The notes below the pieces were generated by a model, which searched no databases, was not told where the DNA came from, and saw only the letters and a list, made by a program, of their open reading frames with translations. DNA of 64,000 bases from Bacteroidales bacterium (lineage in GTDB: Bacteria; Bacteroidota; Bacteroidia; Bacteroidales; VadinHA17), in the NCBI GenBank assembly GCA_046706305.1, contig JBJKPQ010000069.1:462-64461 (forward strand), given 5' to 3'. The position numbers were made by a program, and so were the translations under genes. Positions 50,959 through 58,960 of the stretch are shown here, one piece after another. The stretch's first letter is position 1; each line of letters starts with the position of its first letter.

Positions 50959-51822
50959 TTAAAATAAAATATGTTTTTCCGGATCCAGGGGGGTGCCTTT
51001 ATACCATAATTCAAAATGCAGGTGTGGACCCGAGGTGTATCTTTCTCCTGAATCGCCCACTATTGAAATTGCCTCACCTGCCCTCACAAGGTCACCCGTT
51101 TCTTTCAGGAGACTCTCATTATGTTTATAAATTGACACAATATTATTCTGATGCTGTATCTCAATGACATAGCCTGTCTCCATTGTCCAGCCGGTAAAGA
51201 TTACAGTACCGTCGAGGACTGCCGAGACCACCGCTTTTGGTTTTGTAACAATATCTGTTCCAAAATGCTTAGTACTTAGATCGTATTTCCCGGAGACTAT
51301 TCCTTTCACCGGCGCGAAAAAATGCATATCGGCAAGGCTTGATACCGCTTCTGTGGAAGAAGGACTGAGATTAAGGTTATAGCGCTGCTCCTTTTCAACA
51401 TTTACCCTGAGTGCCGAGTCCTCCGGAGGATTGGAGAATTCTATATCCTTATAGTTTTTTGTTGAATCCTGTTCCTGATAAATCTCGGGGGGTCTTTTCC
51501 CCGATACTATAGCGTTTATATCTGCAAAATACTTGTCTCTTAACCTGAGTTCCATATCCAGGGAGTCGAGTCTTATTGCATTCATGAGAATATTTCTTCT
51601 CATGGCAACATCGGGATAACCCGGGATGAATTCTCTAAGGTTTGTAAAAGAAATTAATGAGGCTGTAATGGCAATAATAGACACGATTACAAGTGTAATG
51701 ACAAGGAAAGCATTATATCTGGTCATCACAACTCTCCATACCTCCTCAAAGGTATGATCATTCCTGATAGTAAACCTGTATTTATCGCGCCAGGTACTCT
51801 TTTTCTTCTCGTTCTTAGCCAT
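50959..51822 (-). CDS. M23 family metallopeptidase (membrane-anchored)
   Basis: N-terminal TM anchor and a C-terminal LytM/M23 domain with HFGTD and GPHLHFE motifs. Confidence 0.88.
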   Translation of the reverse strand: MAKNEKKKSTWRDKYRFTIRNDHTFEEVWRVVMTRYNAFLVITLVIVSIIAITASLISFTNLREFIPGYPDVAMRRNILMNAIRLDSLDMELRLRDKYFADINAIVSGKRPPEIYQEQDSTKNYKDIEFSNPPEDSALRVNVEKEQRYNLNLSPSSTEAVSSLADMHFFAPVKGIVSGKYDLSTKHFGTDIVTKPKAVVSAVLDGTVIFTGWTMETGYVIEIQHQNNIVSIYKHNESLLKETGDLVRAGEAISIVGDSGERYTSGPHLHFELWYKGTPLDPEKHILF

Positions 51823-51862
51823 GTTAAATCAAATAACGGGCATGCAAAGATAATAATAATAT

Positions 51863-51897
51863 CCGGTCACAGGTAACCGGTAACCGGTAACCGGTTA
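51863..51897. repeat. Heptanucleotide tandem repeat (GGTAACC x3 plus partial copies)
   Basis: ccggtcaca GGTAACC GGTAACC GGTAACC GGTTA. The three perfect copies span 51872-51892. The repeat abuts the stop codon of the SOR-like gene (51895-51897) and contains the palindrome TAACCGGTTA and a possible TAACCG/CGGTTA hairpin. Confidence 0.8.
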
Positions 51898-52278
51898 TAC
51901 AACTTTGACTGCCTTGTCTTCACTTTGCCATAGACCATGTTTGGTACATACAGCCATAGCAGACAGGTTCATCGACACTTCTGGTGCAACAATATAAAAA
52001 TCGACTTCAAAATGAGTTGGTTTACTCCCGTTAACCCCTGCTGTATACCGGGCTTCAGCAAGGAGAGTCTCCCTGTTCCACAGCTGTATTACACTTATAA
52101 AATGATCGTGATCGTCGGGATGTGGATATTCGTCACCAAGCCGTACCTTGACCTCAAACTTTTCACCTCTTTTTACTGTATCCGGACAAAATACATGAGG
52201 CATATGCCTGTCCAGATAATCACGTTTTACTTCTTTCTCCTCTTTCTCTACTTCTGTAGCTTTAAATACCCTTGGCAT
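51895..52278 (-). CDS. Superoxide reductase-like (desulfoferrodoxin/neelaredoxin iron-binding domain) protein
   Basis: 127 aa with spaced His ligands (HMPHV, HPDDHDHFI) and the C-terminal CTKHGLW motif typical of the SOR centre II. Confidence 0.75.
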   Translation of the reverse strand: MPRVFKATEVEKEEKEVKRDYLDRHMPHVFCPDTVKRGEKFEVKVRLGDEYPHPDDHDHFISVIQLWNRETLLAEARYTAGVNGSKPTHFEVDFYIVAPEVSMNLSAMAVCTKHGLWQSEDKAVKVV

Positions 52279-52432
52279 AATATATCATTTTAAATTTATA
52301 AAATATATTCAACAACCTGATAGTAAAAAAATGATTCTCAGATGCAAACTTAATAATTTTAACATCAGCATACTTTAAAAAAACAAAGATAAACCTTTGA
52401 AGCCAATATCCGCCTTATTGCCTTTCCCTTTG

Positions 52433-52861
52433 TTATTTCCCCTCATTAAGAGGCAGTTCCTTTACAGGTTCAACAGGGTCAAAATATTTTCCGGTTGACA
52501 TATCCAGAGGCATATTTTTCTTTGGGACCGGATTACAGCGTGTCAGTCTGTCGAGTGCATTCAGGTAACCCTTTACAACTCCCTCCTGCTTTATGCTTTC
52601 AATCGCATAGACTGAACATGAAGGAGTAAATACACATGCATCAATATCCTGGGAGGAAAGGACTTCCTTGTAAATAACAAAAGCCGTCGAAAAGATGAAG
52701 GTAAGTTCATTCCTGCTATCCTTTAATTCGTCGGTCCATTTATGATTTTCAGTCTTAACAGTAAAAAGATTATCAAACGACTTTAAATCTTTACTTGTCT
52801 GAGCTTTGCATACTACGGGCACAGTAAGAAAAAATACGATAATTAAAGACTTCATCTTCAT
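52433..52861 (-). CDS. Secreted YidD-like (haemolytic/DUF37) domain protein
   Basis: Signal peptide MKMKSLIIVFFLTVPVVCKAQ, then the YidD-type Cys motif CVFTPSCSVYAIESIKQEGVVKGYLNALDRLTRCNP. At 142 aa it is about twice the length of canonical YidD. Confidence 0.6.
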   Translation of the reverse strand: MKMKSLIIVFFLTVPVVCKAQTSKDLKSFDNLFTVKTENHKWTDELKDSRNELTFIFSTAFVIYKEVLSSQDIDACVFTPSCSVYAIESIKQEGVVKGYLNALDRLTRCNPVPKKNMPLDMSTGKYFDPVEPVKELPLNEGK

Positions 52862-52862
52862 T

Positions 52863-53840
52863 CTATTTTTTTAATCCTCGTTTTGTTATCTTCAATATTT
52901 GTGAAACAAAATGTTCTTTCTGGTCATTATTCAGCCTGACCTCATGAATTACACCCTCCTTTATCTTCTCACTCAAAATAGCGGCTTCATCGTATTGTTT
53001 CGTTTTTATCAAAAGCTTTAATTCTTCCAAAGAATAAACAGGGTTACCAGGATGAAGGTTTGAAATGACCTTTGCATAATCAAGTGCTTTTGAATAATCC
53101 TTTTCAGCTTCCGCATAAATCTTCATCAGAAAATAATCAGCTTCTGTCCGGATGATGTCATCCGCAGATCCTGAACAACTGATCAGGTAACTGAGCCCTT
53201 TTTCCCTGTCTCCTTCAGGAAAAGAAAACAAAAATGTATCCAGTAAAAAATACTTATGCTGAATATAGCTTATAAAATAGTAATACATACCAAGTACCAG
53301 GGTAAATTTCTCATCTGCAATATTTTTTCCCCGGCATTTCTCGATATAGGCAGAAGATTTGTAGAAATTAATGAAAGCACTTAGTGAGTTACCTTTATAA
53401 TTCTCCAGACGGACCTTCAGGGAATATGAATAAATTATATTGAAGAGTGCATTAATGTCAGGTGGTTGTGCGATGTGCTGGTTGGTTTTTATTGACTCAT
53501 CGATACAATCACCACATATTTTCAAATTGGTTTCCGGATCATCACCGCTCAGAAGCCTCCACCAGGCCAGGTCGGCCCTGGCAATCAGCAAAGTTGACCT
53601 GTCGGCATTCTTGTTTTCCATTTCGGTAACTATTGAATCGGCTTTCTGAAGAGAAAAATCATAAAGGTTCCTGAAGAATGCTCTCAAGAGATTATTCTCA
53701 ACTGATCTGTCTGGTGTTACACCCGACGCTGATACTGATGCAATTAATAGAACAAGAAAAGAGGCAGATAAGAGTCCAACCCTAAAGTGAATGGCTTTTA
53801 ACAGATATGTATTCAATATCAGGACTTTCCTACATCTCAT
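52863..53840 (-). CDS. Hypothetical all-helical (TPR-like) envelope protein
   Basis: N-terminal hydrophobic segment. The helical-repeat composition includes TPR-like Y/A/L periodicity (DYSKALDYAKVISNLHPGNPVYS). Lies within the five-gene minus-strand operon. Confidence 0.5.
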   Translation of the reverse strand: MRCRKVLILNTYLLKAIHFRVGLLSASFLVLLIASVSASGVTPDRSVENNLLRAFFRNLYDFSLQKADSIVTEMENKNADRSTLLIARADLAWWRLLSGDDPETNLKICGDCIDESIKTNQHIAQPPDINALFNIIYSYSLKVRLENYKGNSLSAFINFYKSSAYIEKCRGKNIADEKFTLVLGMYYYFISYIQHKYFLLDTFLFSFPEGDREKGLSYLISCSGSADDIIRTEADYFLMKIYAEAEKDYSKALDYAKVISNLHPGNPVYSLEELKLLIKTKQYDEAAILSEKIKEGVIHEVRLNNDQKEHFVSQILKITKRGLKK

Positions 53841-54684
53841 TATTTTTACCTATAAGGACCAGTATATCCTGGTAAATTTCGCCTCTGTGTTTTGCAAGTT
53901 TTTTCTCAGCTATCCCCTCTGCTTTGCCATAGCCTCCGGTATAATACCTCTGATACCAGGGCAAAACGGCAATTAAAGCGTCCATCGGACTATAGAGAAC
54001 ACTTATCCTTACACCAAGGACAACAATCCCTGAAGTGAGAAGGATGGAATTAAGCCCCGATTTAATATCGCCTGAATATGTCTGTCCGAGACCGGGAAGT
54101 ATCATACTCAATATCCTGGCCTTTCTGGGTGAAGGTGAATACAGTTTCTTACTGTTGAAAAGCTCCGAAAGTGACTGTTTATCAGTATCTCTTACGCAAT
54201 AACTAAAGTAAACCTGAGCTTTTTTAAAATCCTGTAAGCCGTAATAGCATGTTGCGAGGTAAAAATAAAGGCGTTTTTGAGTTGTCTTACCCGTATCGGT
54301 CAATGCAAAAAGGTCAATTAGAGCCATCTGGAAATTTCCTTCCAGTATCCGGCTCGAAGCTTTATTAAAAAGAAATTCCGTTTTCAGACTGTCATCATCA
54401 GTCATGTTATAAGCAAGTCCGTAATATTGCTGGGCTGTTTCATAATCCTTCTCATAATATGAAATATCAGCGATCCTGCTTATTATATAAAGATTTTCCC
54501 TGTCACCACTAAAGAACAGAGCTCTCCTGTAGGTTTTTGAAGCCTCATTAAAATTGCCTGCCCTGAATTGATTATCGGCAAATTTTAAAGTGGCGTCAAA
54601 ATCCTGCGCACCGGCATATTCAACCGGCAGCAGGCTAGTAACTGTCAGAATTGACAAAAACAAACACCTGCTTATTAATCTCAT
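53830..54684 (-). CDS. TPR-repeat protein with a C-terminal TM2/DUF5683-like membrane module
   Basis: Signal peptide. TPR repeats (FRAGNFNEASKTYRRALFF..., YETAQQYYGLAY...). C-terminal hydrophobic module with motif LPGLGQTYSGD. Confidence 0.55.
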   Translation of the reverse strand: MRLISRCLFLSILTVTSLLPVEYAGAQDFDATLKFADNQFRAGNFNEASKTYRRALFFSGDRENLYIISRIADISYYEKDYETAQQYYGLAYNMTDDDSLKTEFLFNKASSRILEGNFQMALIDLFALTDTGKTTQKRLYFYLATCYYGLQDFKKAQVYFSYCVRDTDKQSLSELFNSKKLYSPSPRKARILSMILPGLGQTYSGDIKSGLNSILLTSGIVVLGVRISVLYSPMDALIAVLPWYQRYYTGGYGKAEGIAEKKLAKHRGEIYQDILVLIGKNNEM

Positions 54685-55513
54685 CTCTCCTTGTTTTATT
54701 ATACCTCCTGGCTGCTTTTACCGATCCGTAGATATTTCCTAAATAAAAGCTTGCCGAGACTGTTGCGAAAGTCCAGCCATATGCGCTGCCTGATCCATGT
54801 TTTTTAAAACCCCTGTAAGCCTGCCAGGCGCTTCCGGCAACAAATATCATTGAGAACACTCCATCGGCCCAGTCCTTTGTATAGAACTTACCTGTTCCTG
54901 GAACTACAGTGGAAAAGACACCCGCTACAAAAGGACTCTTAAATTTTACTTTGTCTGCCTCATTAGCCAGGTCGACAATACCTTTCGGGAAGCCTTGAAA
55001 TTTTCCAACAGCATCGCCGGCAATCTCCCTTGCTTCCTCATAGTTACCAATGAGCAGTAGCCTAATACATTTGTAGCTTACCCTTTCCCTCTCCGGCAGA
55101 GTGCTGTTAAGCATTGTAAACCTGTCAACTACAGAAAGAGAATCGGTAAGAATCTCAAGTTTCAAAAACTCAGTGGCTATAGAAGAAGGCATATTACTTC
55201 CACTTGAGCCATACAAAGAATAAACACGATTTATTGCCTTACTAAAATCGCCTGATAACCTGTAACTTTTAACCAGGTCATATTTAAAGGTTGCATTACT
55301 GCTATCGAGAAAAACCAACCTTTCATACTCCTCAGCTGCAAGCCTGTACTGGTGGCTTGAAGTCAGGTATTCAGCATATTGTTTGCTGTGACTGAGATCA
55401 TACAGATCCTGTGAGCTTGCACAAAAAACGTTTAGAAAAAAGAGCAGGACAACAGTAAAAATCCCCGGACAGAATTTGTCAGTTACCAGGGATCTGATAG
55501 TTATAATTTTCAC
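54635..55513 (-). CDS. TPR-like protein with a C-terminal TM2/DUF5683-like membrane module (paralog of 53830..54684)
   Basis: N-terminal hydrophobic segment and helical repeats. C-terminal VVPGTGKFYTKDW motif plus two further hydrophobic helices. The start is a GTG and overlaps the upstream gene by 35 nt, so the exact start is uncertain. Confidence 0.5.
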   Translation of the reverse strand: MKIITIRSLVTDKFCPGIFTVVLLFFLNVFCASSQDLYDLSHSKQYAEYLTSSHQYRLAAEEYERLVFLDSSNATFKYDLVKSYRLSGDFSKAINRVYSLYGSSGSNMPSSIATEFLKLEILTDSLSVVDRFTMLNSTLPERERVSYKCIRLLLIGNYEEAREIAGDAVGKFQGFPKGIVDLANEADKVKFKSPFVAGVFSTVVPGTGKFYTKDWADGVFSMIFVAGSAWQAYRGFKKHGSGSAYGWTFATVSASFYLGNIYGSVKAARRYNKTRRDEINKQVFVFVNSDSY

Positions 55514-56153
55514 GTGACACGTCGTTAATTTTAATATTGGAATATGTAGTCAGTTCATATACTTTCTGGCCATTGACTATGTTTTCTTTTATTATTTCCT
55601 GTGGGAAAGATAATCCTTTCACCTTAATATAATTCCTGAAGAACTGTCTTGCTATCACCTGTCCGCTGTTATCCTTGAAAACAATACCATTAAGCAACTG
55701 GTTACTATTGGATATCAGTATATCGCCAAGGTATTTCCTCAGCTGTGAAGGAGGGCTCCAGGTAGAAATGACATTATTACCCTCTTTCTCTACATTTTTA
55801 ATAGTAAATTTCATCTTCTTTAAACCATAATCTGAAAGATCACCGTTCAGGACAAGATTATAAATAGATAATTCAGTACCGGCAGGAATAGTTTGTCTGC
55901 TTACAACTTTTGAATCAACAATTTTATAAAGGGAAGTGTCTTTTTGTATCCATGTTTCCTTCTCGGGAAATTGTATATTATAAACTATTTGTTTTATGTT
56001 TTTATCATAGAACAACTCCCCAATTGTCAGTTGTTGTGCTCCGCCAGGTGATTTAGCTTTAATTACAAAATCGGTACTTATCCTGAAAAACAGACTAGGA
56101 TCTACCTGGTGATAAGAGGCCAGTAAGCATAATGTTAGAAAAAATTTTACCAA
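55479..56153 (-). CDS. Hypothetical secreted beta-rich protein (possibly LolA-like fold)
   Basis: TTG start with a hydrophobic N-terminus, then alternating beta-strand-like sequence. First gene of the operon. The fold assignment is a guess. Confidence 0.4.
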   Translation of the reverse strand: MVKFFLTLCLLASYHQVDPSLFFRISTDFVIKAKSPGGAQQLTIGELFYDKNIKQIVYNIQFPEKETWIQKDTSLYKIVDSKVVSRQTIPAGTELSIYNLVLNGDLSDYGLKKMKFTIKNVEKEGNNVISTWSPPSQLRKYLGDILISNSNQLLNGIVFKDNSGQVIARQFFRNYIKVKGLSFPQEIIKENIVNGQKVYELTTYSNIKINDVSRENYNYQIPGN

Positions 56154-56225
56154 TTTAAAAATGTTAATGGGGATAAAACAATCTTCCCCTGAAAGTATTT
56201 ATTTCTGTTTTTCCGGTCAATTATA

Positions 56226-56268
56226 AGCAAAAGAAAAGAGTATACCAAAAGGAATTTTGATATACTCT
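56226..56268 (-). terminator. Rho-independent terminator after the 56287..56730 gene
   Basis: Stem AGAGTATA/TATACTCT (56237-56244 with 56261-56268) extended by an inner CAAAA/TTTTG pairing. On the minus strand it is followed by TTTCTTTTG. Confidence 0.6.
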
Positions 56269-56286
56269 CAGTAATTTTCTGCTAAG

Positions 56287-56730
56287 TTACAAACCGCTGG
56301 TTCCCCAGAGAGCACCCCACCAGACCACATCAACCACAACAACAACTGCAGTCCATGTCAGACAGCCCCACAGGGTTTTCTTAGTCTCAGCCTTGTCTTC
56401 GTCACTCACGATATAAACGACGAGAATACCTACAATACCAAGTCCGCATCCCCATAAGAATGAAGGAATACCAAGGACCGGGTTCTTTGTATCTGAAGGA
56501 AGTGAACTTTCAGATACAAGATTCATTGATTCAATAAGGTTCCCGTGTTCAAGTTTAAGTGCGCTGTAGGTCATGTCAGAATTTGACTTAACCATATCAG
56601 CAAGTTGATTCAGCTGTGAGAACTCCGCTTCAACAGCATTGTAATCAAGTTTGAACAGATCGGCATCATTTGCAAGCAATGTAAAACCTGCAAAAAACAC
56701 CAACAGCAATGAAAGTAAAGTTTTTTTCAT
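56287..56730 (-). CDS. Hypothetical small membrane protein (signal peptide plus two C-terminal TM helices)
   Basis: MKKTLLSLLLVFFAGFTLLA signal, then two hydrophobic helices (GIPSFLWGCGLGIVGILVVYIV and GCLTWTAVVVVVDVVWWGALWG). It has its own terminator. Confidence 0.55.
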   Translation of the reverse strand: MKKTLLSLLLVFFAGFTLLANDADLFKLDYNAVEAEFSQLNQLADMVKSNSDMTYSALKLEHGNLIESMNLVSESSLPSDTKNPVLGIPSFLWGCGLGIVGILVVYIVSDEDKAETKKTLWGCLTWTAVVVVVDVVWWGALWGTSGL

Positions 56731-57095
56731 AGGCTTATTTAGTTGTTAGTATTAAGAAAATTGCAAAAATCAATCAAGTCTGAATCAAGTAATTACCTCT
56801 CATCACAGGAAACATAAAAAACGCTGTTTCACACCAACCTTCCAAAATCCCGGTTTCATAAAAGTATTAATTAGCATTGAAAAAACCTAATACTGTTAAT
56901 TTTTTTTTCCAATAAGTCCCAATCAATAAGATTGTTGTATTTAGTTAAATATGTAAAAACCTGAATATCTAATACTTATTTAAAATACAAGGTAATGTGT
57001 TCAATAAACTACTAATTTAAGATACACGAGAAGGCCGCAGGGCGGAGATATCAGATGCTTCAACACTAAAAGGAATTTATTAAGTTGACGAAAAT

Positions 57096-57126
57096 TTTGG
57101 TAATTGTCCATATTATATTAAATTTG
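57096..57126 (+). promoter_or_regulatory. Bacteroidota sigma-A type promoter for the initiator tRNA
   Basis: TTTG (57096-57099), a 19 nt spacer, then TAAATTTG (57119-57126). The -7 box ends 11 nt upstream of the mature tRNA 5' end. Confidence 0.65.
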
Positions 57127-57137
57127 CACCTCGAAAC

Positions 57138-57209
<72 letters not shown>

Positions 57210-57219
57210 CAAAGAAAAA

Positions 57220-57248
57220 GCCTTGATGCGAAGCATCAGGGCTTTTTT
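57220..57248 (+). terminator. Rho-independent (bidirectional) terminator after tRNA-fMet
   Basis: Stem GCCTTGATGC/GCATCAGGGC with loop GAA, followed by TTTTTT and preceded by AAAGAAAAA. Confidence 0.8.
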
Positions 57249-57291
57249 GTTTATAGCCCGACAACAGCTTGCTGTTGAGAGGGATGGAAAC

Positions 57292-57537
57292 AAAAAAGCC
57301 CTGAGCAGCGCCTCAGCGCTGCAAGGCTTTTTCTTTGTTAAGCACCTCCAAGAGGATCGCAAGGAGCTTTGCGACGAGCAATCCTCCTGATATTGGGCTA
57401 AAGCCCATAATCAAAATCAAACCCATTGAGGGTGCCTTTTGAGACACCCTCTTTTCCTTGTTAATCACTCCTGGAGGATCATGGGCTCTGCCAGTCATCG
57501 CCTGGGGCTAAATGCCGGCGAGGTTAACAATCCTCCA
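57292..57537 (+). repeat. Two tandem copies of a composite structured element: a terminator-like hairpin, a conserved box of about 26 nt, and a long-range GGAGGAT/ATCCTCC stem
   Basis: Copy A has hairpin 57298-57327 plus a T-tract, box CTTTGTTAAGCACCTCCAAGAGGATC (57333-57358) and a closing ATCCTC at 57381-57386. Copy B has hairpin GAGGGTG..CACCCTC (57430-57453) plus TTTT, box CCTTGTTAATCACTCCTGGAGGATC (57456-57480) and a closing ATCCTCC at 57530-57536. The boxes are identical at 21 of 26 aligned positions by my manual alignment. Confidence 0.6.
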
Positions 57538-57577
57538 TTTATTGATTTAAGCCCTTTGTCAGATCGTATAATCCCTG

Positions 57578-58408
57578 CTATTGTTTCACCAGTTCCACTC
57601 TCCTGTTAAGAGCCCTGCCTTCATCACTGTCGTTGCTGGCAACAGGAGCCAGCGACGCCACTCCATAGGCTTTAAGCCGGTCAGGTCCAATTCCATATTT
57701 TGACACCAGGGAGTTCACAACTGCATCTGCCCTTGCCTTTGAAAGCTGCATGTTACCTTCTACTGATCCGACATTATCAGTATGTCCCACAACAAAAAGC
57801 TTAAGGTTCATGTCCTTCTTTAGCAAAAGAGAGATCTGGACAATGGCTGTATCTGATTCAGCTTTCAGGTCTGCTTTCCCGAAGTCGAAATAGATCCCGT
57901 ATAAAGCAACATGGCCGGAAGTTCTTATCCCATCTCCCATAGCATCGGCATTTGCAACTATTTCCTGCTTCATTGCGGCTCTTTCTACAATATTAAGCCG
58001 ATACATGGGATTGTATGACCTTACTTCTATCCATGTCTCTTTACCATCTTTTTGAACAACTATTGTAGATGCTTTATTAAAATTGTCATCAAAAACCACC
58101 TTCCCACCAATTTTCCTTAAAGCATCCTGCACATTTCTGCGTAACTTAAGCTCCCCAGGCTCCTGTAATCCAGGCTTGAGCTTGTATTCTATATAATATT
58201 TATGACCCTCAACCGAAAGCGGTTTCTTATCTGCACCAATGAATCTGTAACTATCGAACTCAGCTTCCTTATATCCTGATAAATAGAAACCCGGCATCCT
58301 TGTAAGCAAAGGGTGATCCTTCCCGCCGGGAATATCCTGCTGGGCATTCAAAGTGATTGCAAACGGTGCTGCAAAGAATAAGCAAAGAAGAATAAAAGTC
58401 CTTTTCAT
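57578..58408 (-). CDS. OmpA-family protein (N-terminal DUF4892-like domain plus C-terminal OmpA peptidoglycan-binding domain)
   Basis: Signal peptide. N-terminal KDHPLLTRMPGFYLSGY...FDSYRF block. C-terminal OmpA-like motifs VVGHTDNVGS...NMQLSKARADAV and GRALNRRVELV. Confidence 0.85.
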   Translation of the reverse strand: MKRTFILLCLFFAAPFAITLNAQQDIPGGKDHPLLTRMPGFYLSGYKEAEFDSYRFIGADKKPLSVEGHKYYIEYKLKPGLQEPGELKLRRNVQDALRKIGGKVVFDDNFNKASTIVVQKDGKETWIEVRSYNPMYRLNIVERAAMKQEIVANADAMGDGIRTSGHVALYGIYFDFGKADLKAESDTAIVQISLLLKKDMNLKLFVVGHTDNVGSVEGNMQLSKARADAVVNSLVSKYGIGPDRLKAYGVASLAPVASNDSDEGRALNRRVELVKQ

Positions 58409-58737
58409 TTTTAGAAAATTTAGAGTTAAATACTATATGCTTAAAAACAACAAATGAAACACAAATAAGCACCAGTGTCATTAGTATATGTTTGACCCTG
58501 CCTGGCATAATTTATCAAATATACTTTAAGAATTTGATAATCAAGTAAAATTTTCTGCCAGAGTTGACCATCAAAATCATGTTTCCCAAAATACCTCAAA
58601 TCATATTCAGGTTCCAAGTTTGATCTCCTTCCACTGCAAGGATTAAGCCAGAATAACATAAGCATGGATTCCTCTGATTTTTAACACATAATCATACTGG
58701 AAAAGGCAGCTGCTCCATGTGTTCTACAAACAAATAT

Positions 58738-58774
58738 GTAAGGTTTTGTAAGGATCTCGCAAGGTTTTGTAAGG
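58738..58774 (+). promoter_or_regulatory. Four helically phased GYAAGG hexamers (candidate regulator binding array)
   Basis: GTAAGG 58738, GTAAGG 58748, GCAAGG 58759 and GTAAGG 58769, spaced 10, 11 and 10 bp, each followed by a T-run. They lie in the 552-bp AT-rich intergenic region, about 190-220 bp upstream of the adhesin start. Confidence 0.45.
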
Positions 58775-58960
58775 TTTTTCTTAAACAGATTACAAATTGG
58801 GTCAGCTTACTTTAACTAAGCAATTTTATGCTCTTAATGAATATGAGGCTATATGACTCTTTTTCAATTATTTAATTAAGAATCATTGAATTTATCAAAC
58901 TTTAACTTAACTAACTTCCGATCTTATTGAATAAAATTTTACTCCAAAAAACACAATACA

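Noticed and set aside
51863-51897. Short tandem repeats and the MBG array considered as possible CRISPR arrays
   Set aside because: The heptamer has no spacers. The 249-bp units are in frame within a coding sequence and are diverged. No cas genes are present, so the window has no CRISPR array.
57313-57498. 61-aa minus-strand ORF in the post-tRNA region
   Set aside because: Its internal amino-acid repeat (VINKEK and VLNKEKA) simply mirrors the nucleotide-level repeat. It spans terminator hairpins and has no start context, so I treat the region as non-coding structured DNA or RNA.
58269-58665. Two minus-strand ORFs of 79 and 74 aa in or near the AT-rich intergenic region
   Set aside because: One overlaps the OmpA-family gene start in another frame. 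Both have odd composition and no signal, motifs or promoter context, so they are most likely spurious.
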